A DNA stretch of 64,000 nucleotides from an uncultured Verrucomicrobiae bacterium (GCA_963828525.1 CAWHEP010000009.1:192001-256000); one strand, 5' to 3'; numbered from the stretch's first letter, positions 42,326-51,654 are shown. Program-made: numbers and translations. Notes: generated by a model not told the origin, from the letters alone.

Positions 42326-43033
42326 AGCGCCGCGTGTTGCCGCTTCATCCTGACACTGCATGAACGCAAGCATCCTGCCGGTATTGCCAAGCTCCGCCCG
42401 GTAGGAATAGTAGCGGCTCAAGTTGGCGGCGGTGCAAACGCCACAGTCGAATACCTGCTCGACACCGGCAGCGCGGCACTGTGTTGCAATCGCCGAGGCA
42501 AAATCGACCTCAAACCGGGGTGGCCTGATGCAGGGACTCAACTGGATCACCAACTCCTCCGCTTTGGAGCCGAACTCTGCTGACATGCGCTCTATTGTTG
42601 CCGGAACAACTCCCAGTTCCGTGCCCTTCCTCCCGGAATGAGCCAAACCGATGCAGCGTCTCACCGGATCGAGGATATATACCGCGCAGCAGTCGGCTAC
42701 GTAGATCTGTAGAACGATGGAAGCATCGGACGTAATCAGGGCATCAACCTGCGGAAAGCAAAAGGCCTTCAGCCCGAGCGAGGCTTGTCGCGCCACCGCG
42801 ACTCCCCTGCCATGCGTCTGCTCCGCCGTAGCCAGGAACAAATTCTCCAAGCCCAGTGATCGCCGGGCGTCCCTGTGACAATCATCAAGAGCGCGCAACG
42901 TCGCGGCGCGGTCTGAGCCTACCGGGACGCCAGCCGCGCGTCCGACGAATCCCGCGCGCGCGAAAGGGAAGCGATCCAGCGCCGGAAACCTATCAATTGG
43001 CGCGAGGCCGCTTCCTTCCATCGCGAAGAACAT
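42323..43033 (-). CDS. pgeF: YfiH/PgeF laccase-domain protein
   Basis: EQTHG, DALIT, VADCCAV, AHSGRKG, YYSYR...TGRM. Confidence 0.85.
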   Translation of the reverse strand: MFFAMEGSGLAPIDRFPALDRFPFARAGFVGRAAGVPVGSDRAATLRALDDCHRDARRSLGLENLFLATAEQTHGRGVAVARQASLGLKAFCFPQVDALITSDASIVLQIYVADCCAVYILDPVRRCIGLAHSGRKGTELGVVPATIERMSAEFGSKAEELVIQLSPCIRPPRFEVDFASAIATQCRAAGVEQVFDCGVCTAANLSRYYSYRAELGNTGRMLAFMQCQDEAATRGA

Positions 43034-44591
43034 CTCCCGCGGCTGTACCCGTATCTTTCACCTTCTTAATTCCCCAGCGCTCCCGGCGCGTCATGGGATC
43101 ATCAAACCACTCCGCCCAATTCGTCTCGACGGCAGTGACGAGGTCGAAGTCCGCAAGCGCTTCGAGATAACTCGCGCGCGCTTGAAGCTCCGTGCTACGG
43201 GCGGTTGTTAGAGCAACCTGAGAGTTTAAGACATCCAGCTGCGTGCCCGCTCCGGCGGCGAGCCGTTCGTTTGCCAGGCGAAGGGCCTCAATCGCTTCCT
43301 CAACCCCCTTGCGCTGGCTTTGTAACGTTTCCCGCGACACTTCGATGGCCAGATACGCCTGCTGCACCTGAAGTTCCACAAGATGAACAGCGTCATCGTA
43401 ATTCGCGCGCGCTTCCTCCAACTGCGCGCGAGCCTGTTTCACCAGGCCGTAGGTGGCGCCTCCGTCAAAAATGGCCCATGTGCCTGTGACACCAAAAAAG
43501 TATCCCTCGACGGTCTCGTTCAATTCCTTTGAGAGCGAATTATTACGAACTTCGTAGCCGGCATCCGCGTTCAACCTTGGCTGGTAACCCGCGAGCTGTA
43601 CCTTTATGTTCTGCACATCGATGAGAATGGATTGCCGCTGCACTTTCAAAGACCAGCGATGCGCCTTCGCCTCGGTAAGAGCCTTATTGAGGTCGAATAC
43701 CTGATCGTGAACCATCAGGTTCCCCACGGCGTAAAAAGGCACGTAGTCAGGGCGGCTCTGGTCAAAATCGATATTCATCAATTTAGCCAGCGTCAGCTCT
43801 GCCACCCGGTAATTATTCTTCGTCTGGATCAGGACGGGCTCCTGGTTGATCAACGCGACCTCGGCCTGTAGAACGTTGAACCGCGGAACGGTGCCCGCCT
43901 CGAAGCGATTTTGTTGATCCTTAAGCTGATCGCGCAAAAGACGGACGGATTCCTCCTGCACCTTGATAAGCTCGCGGTCCAGGAGAACGATATAGAACTG
44001 CTTGCGGACGTTATCGATGACGGAATCCACCGTGTCGCGCAGAGTGAAGAAGCTGTTGTCCTTGGTGAGTTTCGCGATTTTAAGAGCCGCGCTTACCTGT
44101 CCGCCCGAATAGAGCAACTGGGTTGCCTCGATGGTGACATTCCAACTCCTGTTCTGAAGGCCCGAACCACCGGATGTCGTCGTTGTGCCTGCTGTCGAAG
44201 AGGCGGTCGTGCCACTGGTTGACGCCGGGGTCGAAGATGTCACACCCGTTGTCGACGCGGCTGAAGTTCCAATGCCGTTGCCAGAATTGGCAAGCGAAGA
44301 TCCACCTCCGCCCCCGCCGATCAAGCTTCTGTCCTGCTGCGTGAAATCGCCCGTCAGATTGAGGTGCGGCAGCGCTTCAGCGCGCACCTGGATGATAAGG
44401 CCCTCTGTGCGCTGGATCTCCTGTTCGGCAACGATGATGCTCGGGTTGTGCTGAACAGAGTAGTTCACGGCATCGTCCAGGGTCAGCGCGGGGTTGAACG
44501 CATATTGCGCCTTCTTCGTGTCGCGCGAAGCCGCGCCCCCGAGAGCAGCGGCACTCCCGAGGATCCAGATGAGAATCCAGCCTGATCTCAT
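42993..44591 (-). CDS. TolC family outer membrane efflux protein
   Basis: Signal peptide, LTLDDAV...NPSI, RFEAGTV, GAGTQLDVLNSQ; Gly/Ser/Thr-rich insertion. Confidence 0.9.
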   Translation of the reverse strand: MRSGWILIWILGSAAALGGAASRDTKKAQYAFNPALTLDDAVNYSVQHNPSIIVAEQEIQRTEGLIIQVRAEALPHLNLTGDFTQQDRSLIGGGGGGSSLANSGNGIGTSAASTTGVTSSTPASTSGTTASSTAGTTTTSGGSGLQNRSWNVTIEATQLLYSGGQVSAALKIAKLTKDNSFFTLRDTVDSVIDNVRKQFYIVLLDRELIKVQEESVRLLRDQLKDQQNRFEAGTVPRFNVLQAEVALINQEPVLIQTKNNYRVAELTLAKLMNIDFDQSRPDYVPFYAVGNLMVHDQVFDLNKALTEAKAHRWSLKVQRQSILIDVQNIKVQLAGYQPRLNADAGYEVRNNSLSKELNETVEGYFFGVTGTWAIFDGGATYGLVKQARAQLEEARANYDDAVHLVELQVQQAYLAIEVSRETLQSQRKGVEEAIEALRLANERLAAGAGTQLDVLNSQVALTTARSTELQARASYLEALADFDLVTAVETNWAEWFDDPMTRRERWGIKKVKDTGTAAGDVLRDGRKRPRAN

Positions 44592-44592
44592 A

Positions 44593-45045
44593 TTATTTCT
44601 TACAAACGCGCATAATCTTTTCATAAATCTGGAGCCACGCGCGCTGTTCGGTAGCGCTCAGAAACCCCATAAACTTCAGGACACCCTCTATCATATCCTC
44701 CCGGATGCTAGCCACCAGCGATAATCCGCCCTCCGTAATCTCGACCATTATTTTCCGTCTGTCCTCGTTCCCATGCACGCGAACCGCATAACCAAGATTC
44801 TCAAGGCGATCCACGAGGCCAGTAGCGGCGGCGGTGGTGTGCCCCATACGTTGCGCGATCTCAGACATCGTCAAAAACTTCTGTTGAGCGAGATATCCAA
44901 GTAAAAAATACTGTGGGAAAGACACATTCCCCTTGGACAACTCCCGGGAAAGATTAAGGAGGAAACACCTTTGCAAGGTCGTGAAGATGTCCGCCAGCTT
45001 CTCGGCATCAGCGCGCATATCCGCTTCATCCCTTGCTAATTCCAT
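44593..45045 (-). CDS. MarR family transcriptional regulator (alternative start 45060)
   Basis: TMSEIA, TGLVDRLE.LGY, EDRRKIMVEIT. Confidence 0.92.
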   Translation of the reverse strand: MELARDEADMRADAEKLADIFTTLQRCFLLNLSRELSKGNVSFPQYFLLGYLAQQKFLTMSEIAQRMGHTTAAATGLVDRLENLGYAVRVHGNEDRRKIMVEITEGGLSLVASIREDMIEGVLKFMGFLSATEQRAWLQIYEKIMRVCKK

Positions 45046-45103
45046 AACTGTTAAGGGCATTTATATATTAGAAGACTTTAGCAAGTCAACGAAGTTCGCG
45101 CTT

Positions 45104-45463
45104 CTACTCGTACACGAGATCCCCTTTCTGGGGAGCGCCTTTTACGATATCCGCGATGATAAAGGGGCTGTTCCGCTCCGGGCTGACACTCAGGATGGAC
45201 GTCTCGTTCCCATCCCGAAAAGTCTTCAGAGCAATGCCCACGCTGGGGTATTCTATCGTCTGGATGTCAATGAGCACGAACGCGAGCTTGTCGTTCACCA
45301 AGGCCACTCTTCCGACGACTCTAGGCGCTGCTACCTGAGAAACAGCGGGGGGAGGAGCCGAGGGCTTGTGGGTAGGGCTCAGTCCAGAGCAGCCATCGAG
45401 GGAAGCCACACATAAGAAGCAACACACCAGCGCTACCAGAAAGCAGGGCACGCCCGGAAGCAT
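45104..45463 (-). CDS. Putative lipoprotein
   Basis: Hydrophobic leader ending LDGC; C-terminal FIIADIVKGAPQKGDLV beta domain. Confidence 0.6.
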   Translation of the reverse strand: MLPGVPCFLVALVCCFLCVASLDGCSGLSPTHKPSAPPPAVSQVAAPRVVGRVALVNDKLAFVLIDIQTIEYPSVGIALKTFRDGNETSILSVSPERNSPFIIADIVKGAPQKGDLVYE

Positions 45464-45504
45464 GATTTGGAGAAGGCCCGTGTGGCGAGACGGATCGCAG
45501 GAAT

Positions 45505-46266
45505 CTACTGGATCCAAATACCGCGAAGAGGGGCGCGGACCACGGGATTGTCTGGGACCGTGGGCCAACGCGGCGCGTAAACATCACTGGAGGGCAGCAA
45601 ACGCATGGCGGCAAGCGTGTCCATGTCCATGCGTCCCGTGCGGTTTAGATCGAACCGGGTTTGGTAAGCTATCAAAGCGCGCGTAGTGGACGGGCTTGCC
45701 ACCCCATCCAGCGGATCCTTGTAGAAGCCACTCCGAAATAACACAAGTTGCGCGCGCTTCAGAGTCTCGGCCTGCACTCCCTCCGGAGCGTTCTCAAATG
45801 GAGTACGCGCGAACAACGAGGTGTAAGAAACCTTCGCGGACACAGGGCGCGCGGGAGGCCGTGCTGGTTGATCTTTCTCCTCCCGTTCTGGGGGAATCAC
45901 ACGATCCCCTGATGGAAGCCGCCGGTCGGCGCTGGGCACCGGCGGAACGGATTTCTGGGGAGGCGACGAGACTCTGGGAACAGAGGGGCTGTGATAGGAC
46001 GCAGGCTGCGCGGCTTTCTTACTTTTTCCTGTCTGGATTGAAGCAAGCGTCTCAGGAGTAAGCGCGCCGGTGACGGGAAGGCCGTTGCGAATTTGGTAAC
46101 GCTGGACGGCGGAGGTCGTGTCGGGACCAGGCTCACCATCCACTTCGCCAAAGAAGAAACCTTCCTGTTTCAGCTTTCGCTGCGCGAGTTCAGTCTGGCC
46201 ATCACCGTTGCCGATGCACGGGGTCAAAGCCAGAATGCACAGCCATGCGTAGCCGCTCGCGCGCAT
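45505..46266 (-). CDS. Exported protein with two peptidoglycan-binding (PG_binding_1) domains
   Basis: AQRKLKQEGFFFGEVDG..GPDT..AVQRYQ..NGLPVTG and AQLVLFRSGFY..PLDG....T.RAL..YQ...DL..TG. Confidence 0.85.
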   Translation of the reverse strand: MRASGYAWLCILALTPCIGNGDGQTELAQRKLKQEGFFFGEVDGEPGPDTTSAVQRYQIRNGLPVTGALTPETLASIQTGKSKKAAQPASYHSPSVPRVSSPPQKSVPPVPSADRRLPSGDRVIPPEREEKDQPARPPARPVSAKVSYTSLFARTPFENAPEGVQAETLKRAQLVLFRSGFYKDPLDGVASPSTTRALIAYQTRFDLNRTGRMDMDTLAAMRLLPSSDVYAPRWPTVPDNPVVRAPLRGIWIQ

Positions 46267-46272
46267 TCAGGA

Positions 46273-47058
46273 TCAGTTTGCGGTCACTGGATCGTTCAGA
46301 CTGGCCAGCTTCGGCCTGGAGGGCAAAGGCTGAATCCTTTGGTAATTGACTATGCCCTCGGCAATGGCCCCAGCCAGTCGCTGCCGATAGTCCTCGTTAG
46401 TCAGAAGCTGGGCTTCGAGCGGGTTGCTGATAAACCCGCCCTCCACAAGCACTGAAGGATCACGGACATTACGCACGACATAGAGGCTGCGGCTTTTGAT
46501 GCCCCGATTGGGGACATCCAGCTTCATGACCATGGAAGTCTGAATAAAGCTCGCAAGACTCTCTCCATTGTCGAGCTGAGGCATCTTCGGTCGAGTAAAG
46601 AGGCCCATCCACATCCACGCGTATTCCGGCATTACTTTCTGATCCGCGTAATAAGTCTCCGCGCCCATCGCCGAGGATTCACTGGATTGGTTGAAATGGA
46701 TGCTGACGAACATCGCGTTGTCGATCTTGTTCGCGATCTGGGCGCGATCCGCGAGGGAGACATAGACATCGTCGCGCCGGGTCAAAACGACAGGGAAATT
46801 TGCGCTACGCAACATCTTCTCAAGCCGCAAGGCCACATCAAGCGTGAGGTCCTTCTCCCGGAGCCCATGAGACACAGCGCCATCATCGTGACCACCATGT
46901 CCCGCATCCACCACAATGGTCGGCAAAGCGCCCTGTGAGAGAGAAGCCTTGTCGCGCTGTGAATCGGAGTCCGGCACCACCACGCAGGTAAAACAACCCA
47001 GAAAAACCACCAGGCCGACACAGGGCATGCAATGCCTCATACGGATATTCTGCCACAT
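46273..47058 (-). CDS. N-acetylmuramoyl-L-alanine amidase (Amidase_3); start uncertain
   Basis: VVDAGHGG.D.GA, EKDLTL, LTRRDD, FVSIHFN, LVEGGFISN. Confidence 0.92.
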   Translation of the reverse strand: MWQNIRMRHCMPCVGLVVFLGCFTCVVVPDSDSQRDKASLSQGALPTIVVDAGHGGHDDGAVSHGLREKDLTLDVALRLEKMLRSANFPVVLTRRDDVYVSLADRAQIANKIDNAMFVSIHFNQSSESSAMGAETYYADQKVMPEYAWMWMGLFTRPKMPQLDNGESLASFIQTSMVMKLDVPNRGIKSRSLYVVRNVRDPSVLVEGGFISNPLEAQLLTNEDYRQRLAGAIAEGIVNYQRIQPLPSRPKLASLNDPVTAN

Positions 47059-47116
47059 CCCCCAATTTAATCCAAGGGATCGTTTCGCCTTCGCCGAAGG
47101 CAGCTTCCGATGACCT

Positions 47117-47941
47117 CTAGAGCGGGCGCGTGGCATCTGAACCGGCAACCTCATCGCTCGACACCGCCGCAACGATGCCAGCCACCTCCATCACGCTGAG
47201 CGGACGATAACAGGCTGGCCGGGAAGAGCTCCGCTCCAGCAACGCGCCTTCGACGGATGCAAGCGCAAGCCGCTCACGCAGACGCGCCGAGATCGCTTCT
47301 TGAGTCGGAAGTTCTTCCGACGAGTCCGCCGCGAGAGCGATGTCGCCGACGCTCCACGCGCCCAGCGCCGCTTTCGCCGCCTCAATGAGGGAGGGATTTT
47401 CAAGCGCTCTGCCTCCCAGATATTTCTCCATGAGCGCCGTCGAGGATCTCGTTCCAGAAATGACCCCAAATTCCTCGAAGGTCCGGGCAAGCATCCCGCC
47501 ATTGGTATGCATAGAGCCGTCATATTCAAGGCGTAGGAAGAGATTTGCTTCACCCGGGCGGCCAAGCTCCGCGAACAAGAGCCGGGCAAGGTATGGAGCG
47601 CCGTAGACCTGCTCGAACGCGCTTTTCAGAGCAGGGCTCAATGAGTAGGCGGAAAGGCGCCGCAGCGAAACGTCGTTGACAGAGCGAGCGAAGCCTTCGG
47701 TGCTTGCCACCTCGATCGCGGCCATCCTAAGCCGCTCAATGTCGCCCGGGTGTCCAATCGCGCCCATTGCGATCCGGTCGTATATCTCGAAGATTTTGCG
47801 GCGCTCGCGGCCGAGGGTCAGGAAGAGGATGCCCTCCTGACAGGCGATGCAAGCAATCGGGCTGCCAGTCGCGAGCTGATCCTCGATATATTCACGCCGG
47901 TTGGAGATCGCCTCCACCCACCTGTAAGGCTCCTCAATCAT
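47117..47941 (-). CDS. prcA: 20S proteasome alpha subunit
   Basis: EEPYRW...RREYIEDQLATGSP, RKIFEIYDRIAMGAIGHPGDIERLR; overlaps the beta subunit stop by 4 nt. Confidence 0.88.
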   Translation of the reverse strand: MIEEPYRWVEAISNRREYIEDQLATGSPIACIACQEGILFLTLGRERRKIFEIYDRIAMGAIGHPGDIERLRMAAIEVASTEGFARSVNDVSLRRLSAYSLSPALKSAFEQVYGAPYLARLLFAELGRPGEANLFLRLEYDGSMHTNGGMLARTFEEFGVISGTRSSTALMEKYLGGRALENPSLIEAAKAALGAWSVGDIALAADSSEELPTQEAISARLRERLALASVEGALLERSSSRPACYRPLSVMEVAGIVAAVSSDEVAGSDATRPL

Positions 47942-48744
47942 GAGATTCGGGACTTATAGATCGCCGCCAGTTCCTCGGGGGGCAGAGTTGAGATGCCTTC
48001 GCCGGAAACAATTTTCACGATGGGGTAGCTCCTCCCTCTCCGATCCACGCCTCCTGTCGCGGTGTCGGACTCGGCCGCCGTGTCAAGCGCGCGCAGGGCA
48101 AGAATCACGGCCTCTTCGCGGGCGAGCTTCGCCAACGTCTGGCCGCCCCAAGTGTTCTGATAGTATAAGACACTGCGAACCGCGGGGGAACCAGATCCTG
48201 TCGCCGCGAACTCCGCCACCTCAAACTGAGCTCCCATGGCATCGTAAAAATAAAGGCGGGCAGAATCCCTTGCGATATCGAAGGTGGCGAAGATCGGCAC
48301 AACGACGCCAATCCCCTGCATCACCATCCCGAGGTTATCGCGCAACAATTTGGAGAGCGCGCGCACCTTGCCGTCCACGCTCATCTCCTGAAGCTGGCTG
48401 CGGCGGAAGAACTGAAACGAGTGCTCCAAGGCCCGGGCCATTTCCCAAGCCGTCGCAGGTACGCCGGCGATCGCCATCAACGAATGACTGTCGATTTCAA
48501 TCACTTTATCCGCGTGTTCGTAGACCACGAGATTTCCGGCGGTTGCCCTCCGATCGCCCGCCACAAGAATCCCACCTTCAAACTTGAATGCCAGGATCGT
48601 GGTCGCCTGCGTTTGCTGGACGACACCCGGATAAGAAGCGGTATGCGGAGCTGAGATGGACGGACGCAGGCTCTCACGGCGCAAGATATCCATGAAATCG
48701 CCCGTGAACGCGCCGCGCGACGGGTCTGACCCGGCCTCCATCAC
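47938..48744 (-). CDS. prcB: 20S proteasome beta subunit (Ntn hydrolase with propeptide)
   Basis: Propeptide then TTILAFKFEGGILVAGDRRATAG (Thr1, Asp17), DKV, ATGSGS, DTATGG. Confidence 0.92.
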   Translation of the reverse strand: MMEAGSDPSRGAFTGDFMDILRRESLRPSISAPHTASYPGVVQQTQATTILAFKFEGGILVAGDRRATAGNLVVYEHADKVIEIDSHSLMAIAGVPATAWEMARALEHSFQFFRRSQLQEMSVDGKVRALSKLLRDNLGMVMQGIGVVVPIFATFDIARDSARLYFYDAMGAQFEVAEFAATGSGSPAVRSVLYYQNTWGGQTLAKLAREEAVILALRALDTAAESDTATGGVDRRGRSYPIVKIVSGEGISTLPPEELAAIYKSRIS

Positions 48745-48917
48745 TGCCCCGTACGCTGCCGGTAACGCTTGGACTGGTTGGGATCGACCTTCCGCATGCG
48801 TTCAAGAAGATCGCGGGTGTCCGGCTTCGAAATGTCCGGCGCCTTCGGGCCGCTACTGTCACCCTCCTTCGGGCCGAGCGGCACTGGACTGATTGGTCTT
48901 TGCGTCCTTTCAGGCAT
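48741..48917 (-). CDS. ubact: Ubiquitin-like protein modifier UBact, 58 aa, absent from the ORF track
   Basis: Manual translation MPERTQRPISPVPLGPKEGDSSGPKAPDISKPDTRDLLERMRKVDPNQSKRYRQRTGQ; R[ST]G[EQ] C-terminus; stop overlaps the prcB start. Confidence 0.92.
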   Translation of the reverse strand: MPERTQRPISPVPLGPKEGDSSGPKAPDISKPDTRDLLERMRKVDPNQSKRYRQRTGQ

Positions 48918-48923
48918 GGATGG

Positions 48924-48951
48924 AATTTACGAGAGGTTGGAAAAAGCGCAA
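48924..48951 (-). promoter_or_regulatory. Probable leaderless promoter of the ubact-prcB-prcA operon
   Basis: Minus strand TTGCGC-N16-TAAATT ending 6 nt before the UBact ATG. Confidence 0.45.
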
Positions 48952-48994
48952 GCAAACGGCATGAGTGTTGCATTTCCGCGCGAAAACACACAGA

Positions 48995-49525
48995 ATGGGC
49001 CGGATGTCTCGCTCAATCCCCATCTGGATAGCGCTGGCGATGCTGAGCGCGCAAGCGCCGATCATTTCAGCACAGGACGCGTCGAGAGCGGGGGCGCCCA
49101 CGACAGGAACCCCGGCCGCGCAGGAAATGCGGGCGATCCGGCAACTACTGGAACAGCAAACGCGGCAGTTGGAGACGCTCACTCAGCAGGTTGCCAAGCT
49201 GAATCAGATGGTCGAAAGCTCGCACAGTATCGCGCCCCTGCCGAGTCCCGCCGCGCAAGACATGCCTCCCTCGTCCGCGCAGGAGCCGAATCCTGCCGCG
49301 GCAGGCACGCCAGAGCCTCCCCGGGCCGAACTCCCGGACATCGGCACAACCCACATTGTCACGCGCGGGGAAACGTTGACCTCCATCGCGAAACAATACA
49401 AAGTGACGATCAGCGAATTGCAGAAGGAAAATAAAATTCAAAACGATCGAAAACTTCAGATCGGGCAGACGCTCACGATTCCATCGCCCAAAAGCATGGA
49501 CCCCCACAAGAAGGAGAAGCAATAA
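48995..49525 (+). CDS. Exported coiled-coil + LysM protein
   Basis: Signal peptide, Gln-rich coiled coil, LysM HIVTRGETLTSIAKQYKVTISELQKENKI...LQIGQTLTIP. Confidence 0.88.
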   Translation: MGRMSRSIPIWIALAMLSAQAPIISAQDASRAGAPTTGTPAAQEMRAIRQLLEQQTRQLETLTQQVAKLNQMVESSHSIAPLPSPAAQDMPPSSAQEPNPAAAGTPEPPRAELPDIGTTHIVTRGETLTSIAKQYKVTISELQKENKIQNDRKLQIGQTLTIPSPKSMDPHKKEKQ

Positions 49526-50022
49526 TGGACGATAGTCAAAACTGGTTTCTTATGAAACATGATGACGGGAGCGTCTTCGGCCCTGTGAACTTTGAGCAAC
49601 TGTATCAATGGGCTTTGGAGGCGCAGGTTTCTCCTCTGGACAAGGTCTCGACTGATGGCAAGTCCTGGATGAAAGCCCCAATGGTTCCGGAACTCGAGAT
49701 GGACTATCTGGTGGAGGTCAGTCCCAATCATTATTACGGCCCCACTACCGGCGGAGCGGTGAAAGAGTTTGTGCGGATGGGGGAAATCACCTCGGATTCC
49801 GTCGTGACGAATTGCCGCAACGGTTCGCAACAAACGGTGCGCGAACTTCCCTCGTTGAGAGAAGAAGAGCCTATTCGCACGAGTATCCGACTCAGTTTGC
49901 AGCAGCGCGTCAGAGAGCTGGAAGAGGCTCTGCTGGAAGAGCGGCGCGCTCGTGAATCGGCCGAGGCGCGCTGTGAGAAACTCGAGGCGCGCCTGTCGGA
50001 ATTCTCCGCGGAGCCCTACTAA
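49525..50022 (+). CDS. Protein with tandem GYF_2 (DUF4339)-like repeats and a C-terminal coiled coil
   Basis: WFL....GSVFGPV..EQL..W and YYGP....VKEFV..GEIT.DSVV repeats; Glu/Arg-rich tail. Confidence 0.65.
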   Translation: MDDSQNWFLMKHDDGSVFGPVNFEQLYQWALEAQVSPLDKVSTDGKSWMKAPMVPELEMDYLVEVSPNHYYGPTTGGAVKEFVRMGEITSDSVVTNCRNGSQQTVRELPSLREEEPIRTSIRLSLQQRVRELEEALLEERRARESAEARCEKLEARLSEFSAEPY

Positions 50023-50069
50023 AAAAAGCGCTCGTCAAGACACAACGCTGATTCACCCATTGGGCCGGA

Positions 50070-51473
50070 TCAGGTCTCCATCTCGAGGAATTCGCGCATC
50101 TCGGCATGGTAGTCGTCGAACGGATCACCCATGACCAGGTAGTTCCGCGCGTCAAAGGCAACGGAATCCCAGTTGATGATGTAGGGCCTGCCACTAGTCT
50201 GAAAGTACGCGACCGCTTCGCCGCGGCCCCTGGCTCGCGTGGTCTGCGGAGGCACTCGCATCGTCTCGATTTTTCTGGCGCTGTCATTGAATTCGCCGAT
50301 CGTTTTCGCGGGCCGCAGTCCAAAGAACAGCCCTGTGGATTGATTCAGGTTGTGGTATTCCAAATCCAGGCTCTGCATCCACGGATCCTGCCATGAGATG
50401 CCTTCCTTCTCCCTGAACATGTCAAGAAGCCATTTCTTGGAAATCCAATCCACCCCCCCGATCAACAACTCCGGTTTGCTCCGCAGCGCGTCCAACGTGA
50501 ATTGCCAGCTCTCAAGCGTCCAATCCGTATCCGCATCGGCTCCAGAAAGGTGACGGCGGGCGCATTCCAGAATCTCATACTGAATATCGAGAGCGTCCCG
50601 AGTTCTGCCGTCTTCGAGCAACACCACGCACCTGCCGGTGCCATCCCGTGAGATCTGCCTCGTGGCAAGCACCGCGTCTGAAAGGATGACGTTATCCGGG
50701 AAGTCTCCGTTTTCGAGAAGGGTGAGCAGGCAAGTAGTCGTGCCTACCTTCAATGCCGTAGCGAACGGGCTCATGTTGGAATCCCCGATCAACAAATGCA
50801 AACGGCGATATTTGCGATGGTCAGCCAGCGGTTCATCGCGGGCATTGATGATGGACCGGTTGAACTGCACCCACTGGTAGATGTCGTTCACGATATGGTC
50901 GGCCCTCTGGCTGATCTGAAAATCGACGATGTCCTCGTCTGCGGGCGCTTCGAAATCGAAAGCCAGAGGATTGGCCCGCCCCACGCGGCCTGCTCCGGTG
51001 AATAATTGGCGTGTGGCCAGGAACGAAAGGAGCGTGCCCAATACCTCCGGGGTAAACTGCGCGGAGCGTTTCATGAGGTAGTTCTCATGGCAGCCAAAGG
51101 TCGCCCCGGTGTGATGATCGATGTTGTTTTTGAGAAACGCCACGTGCTCGGCGGCACCGAGTTCTTCCACAGCGCCCTGCAGCAGCATGTCTCCCGCAAG
51201 GTCGTAAGCGACCATATCCTTCAGGCTCAAACATTCAGGGGAGGAATACTCCAGGTGGCCCATGTCCATATACAACCTGCCCCCGTTCAGAAGAAAACCC
51301 CCGTTTCCCGGAGGCTCCTCGTAATCCCGGTAGTGCAGATCGATGGCGCCTACTCTCGACTTGCGAAAGAGATGATTCTTAACGCGGACAGGCCACGATT
51401 CCGAGCTCCCGCCCGGTTGGCCATCGGAGATTAGACACCCGTATTCGGTCTCAATCCCTACGATTCTGTTCAT
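50070..51473 (-). CDS. PafA/Dop-family enzyme, probable UBact ligase
   Basis: GIETEYG (GhExE), NGGRLYMDMGHLEY, KNN, GCHENY, SQRADH, INARDEP, YRRLHLLIGDSN; lacks the Dop-type DHAHPEY. Confidence 0.88.
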   Translation of the reverse strand: MNRIVGIETEYGCLISDGQPGGSSESWPVRVKNHLFRKSRVGAIDLHYRDYEEPPGNGGFLLNGGRLYMDMGHLEYSSPECLSLKDMVAYDLAGDMLLQGAVEELGAAEHVAFLKNNIDHHTGATFGCHENYLMKRSAQFTPEVLGTLLSFLATRQLFTGAGRVGRANPLAFDFEAPADEDIVDFQISQRADHIVNDIYQWVQFNRSIINARDEPLADHRKYRRLHLLIGDSNMSPFATALKVGTTTCLLTLLENGDFPDNVILSDAVLATRQISRDGTGRCVVLLEDGRTRDALDIQYEILECARRHLSGADADTDWTLESWQFTLDALRSKPELLIGGVDWISKKWLLDMFREKEGISWQDPWMQSLDLEYHNLNQSTGLFFGLRPAKTIGEFNDSARKIETMRVPPQTTRARGRGEAVAYFQTSGRPYIINWDSVAFDARNYLVMGDPFDDYHAEMREFLEMET

Positions 51474-51534
51474 GCCGCAACGTTCGGTGAGGAGCGACTG
51501 GCGAACAAGCGGAAGTTCCTTCGGCGCGGGGAAC

Positions 51535-51654
51535 ACTACCGATCCAATGCCCGGAGACGTGCTCACCTTCGCTATAGTGATCGCCCACGCAAAGATGCTC
51601 CTCGAAATACTCCCTGGCATTCTTGAGGTTGTGTTGGGTTTTCGGTGAGAGCAT
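51535..51654 (-). pseudogene. MOBF/TrwC relaxase N-terminal fragment (about 40 codons)
   Basis: MLSPKTQHNLKNAREYFEEHLCVGDHYSEGEHVSGHWIG resembles the TrwC A..Y....DYY....G.W.G N-terminus, then loses similarity. Confidence 0.75.

Noticed and set aside
48769..49434. 221-aa plus-strand ORF overlapping ubact
   Set aside because: Antisense to ubact and out of frame with the LysM gene; no motifs
51523..51536. GGCGCGGGGAACAC matches one half of the type I-E CRISPR repeat, and GTTTATCCCGC near 56129 resembles the other half
   Set aside because: Isolated partial matches in the wrong order for a split repeat; no array and no cas genes; the second overlaps a stop codon
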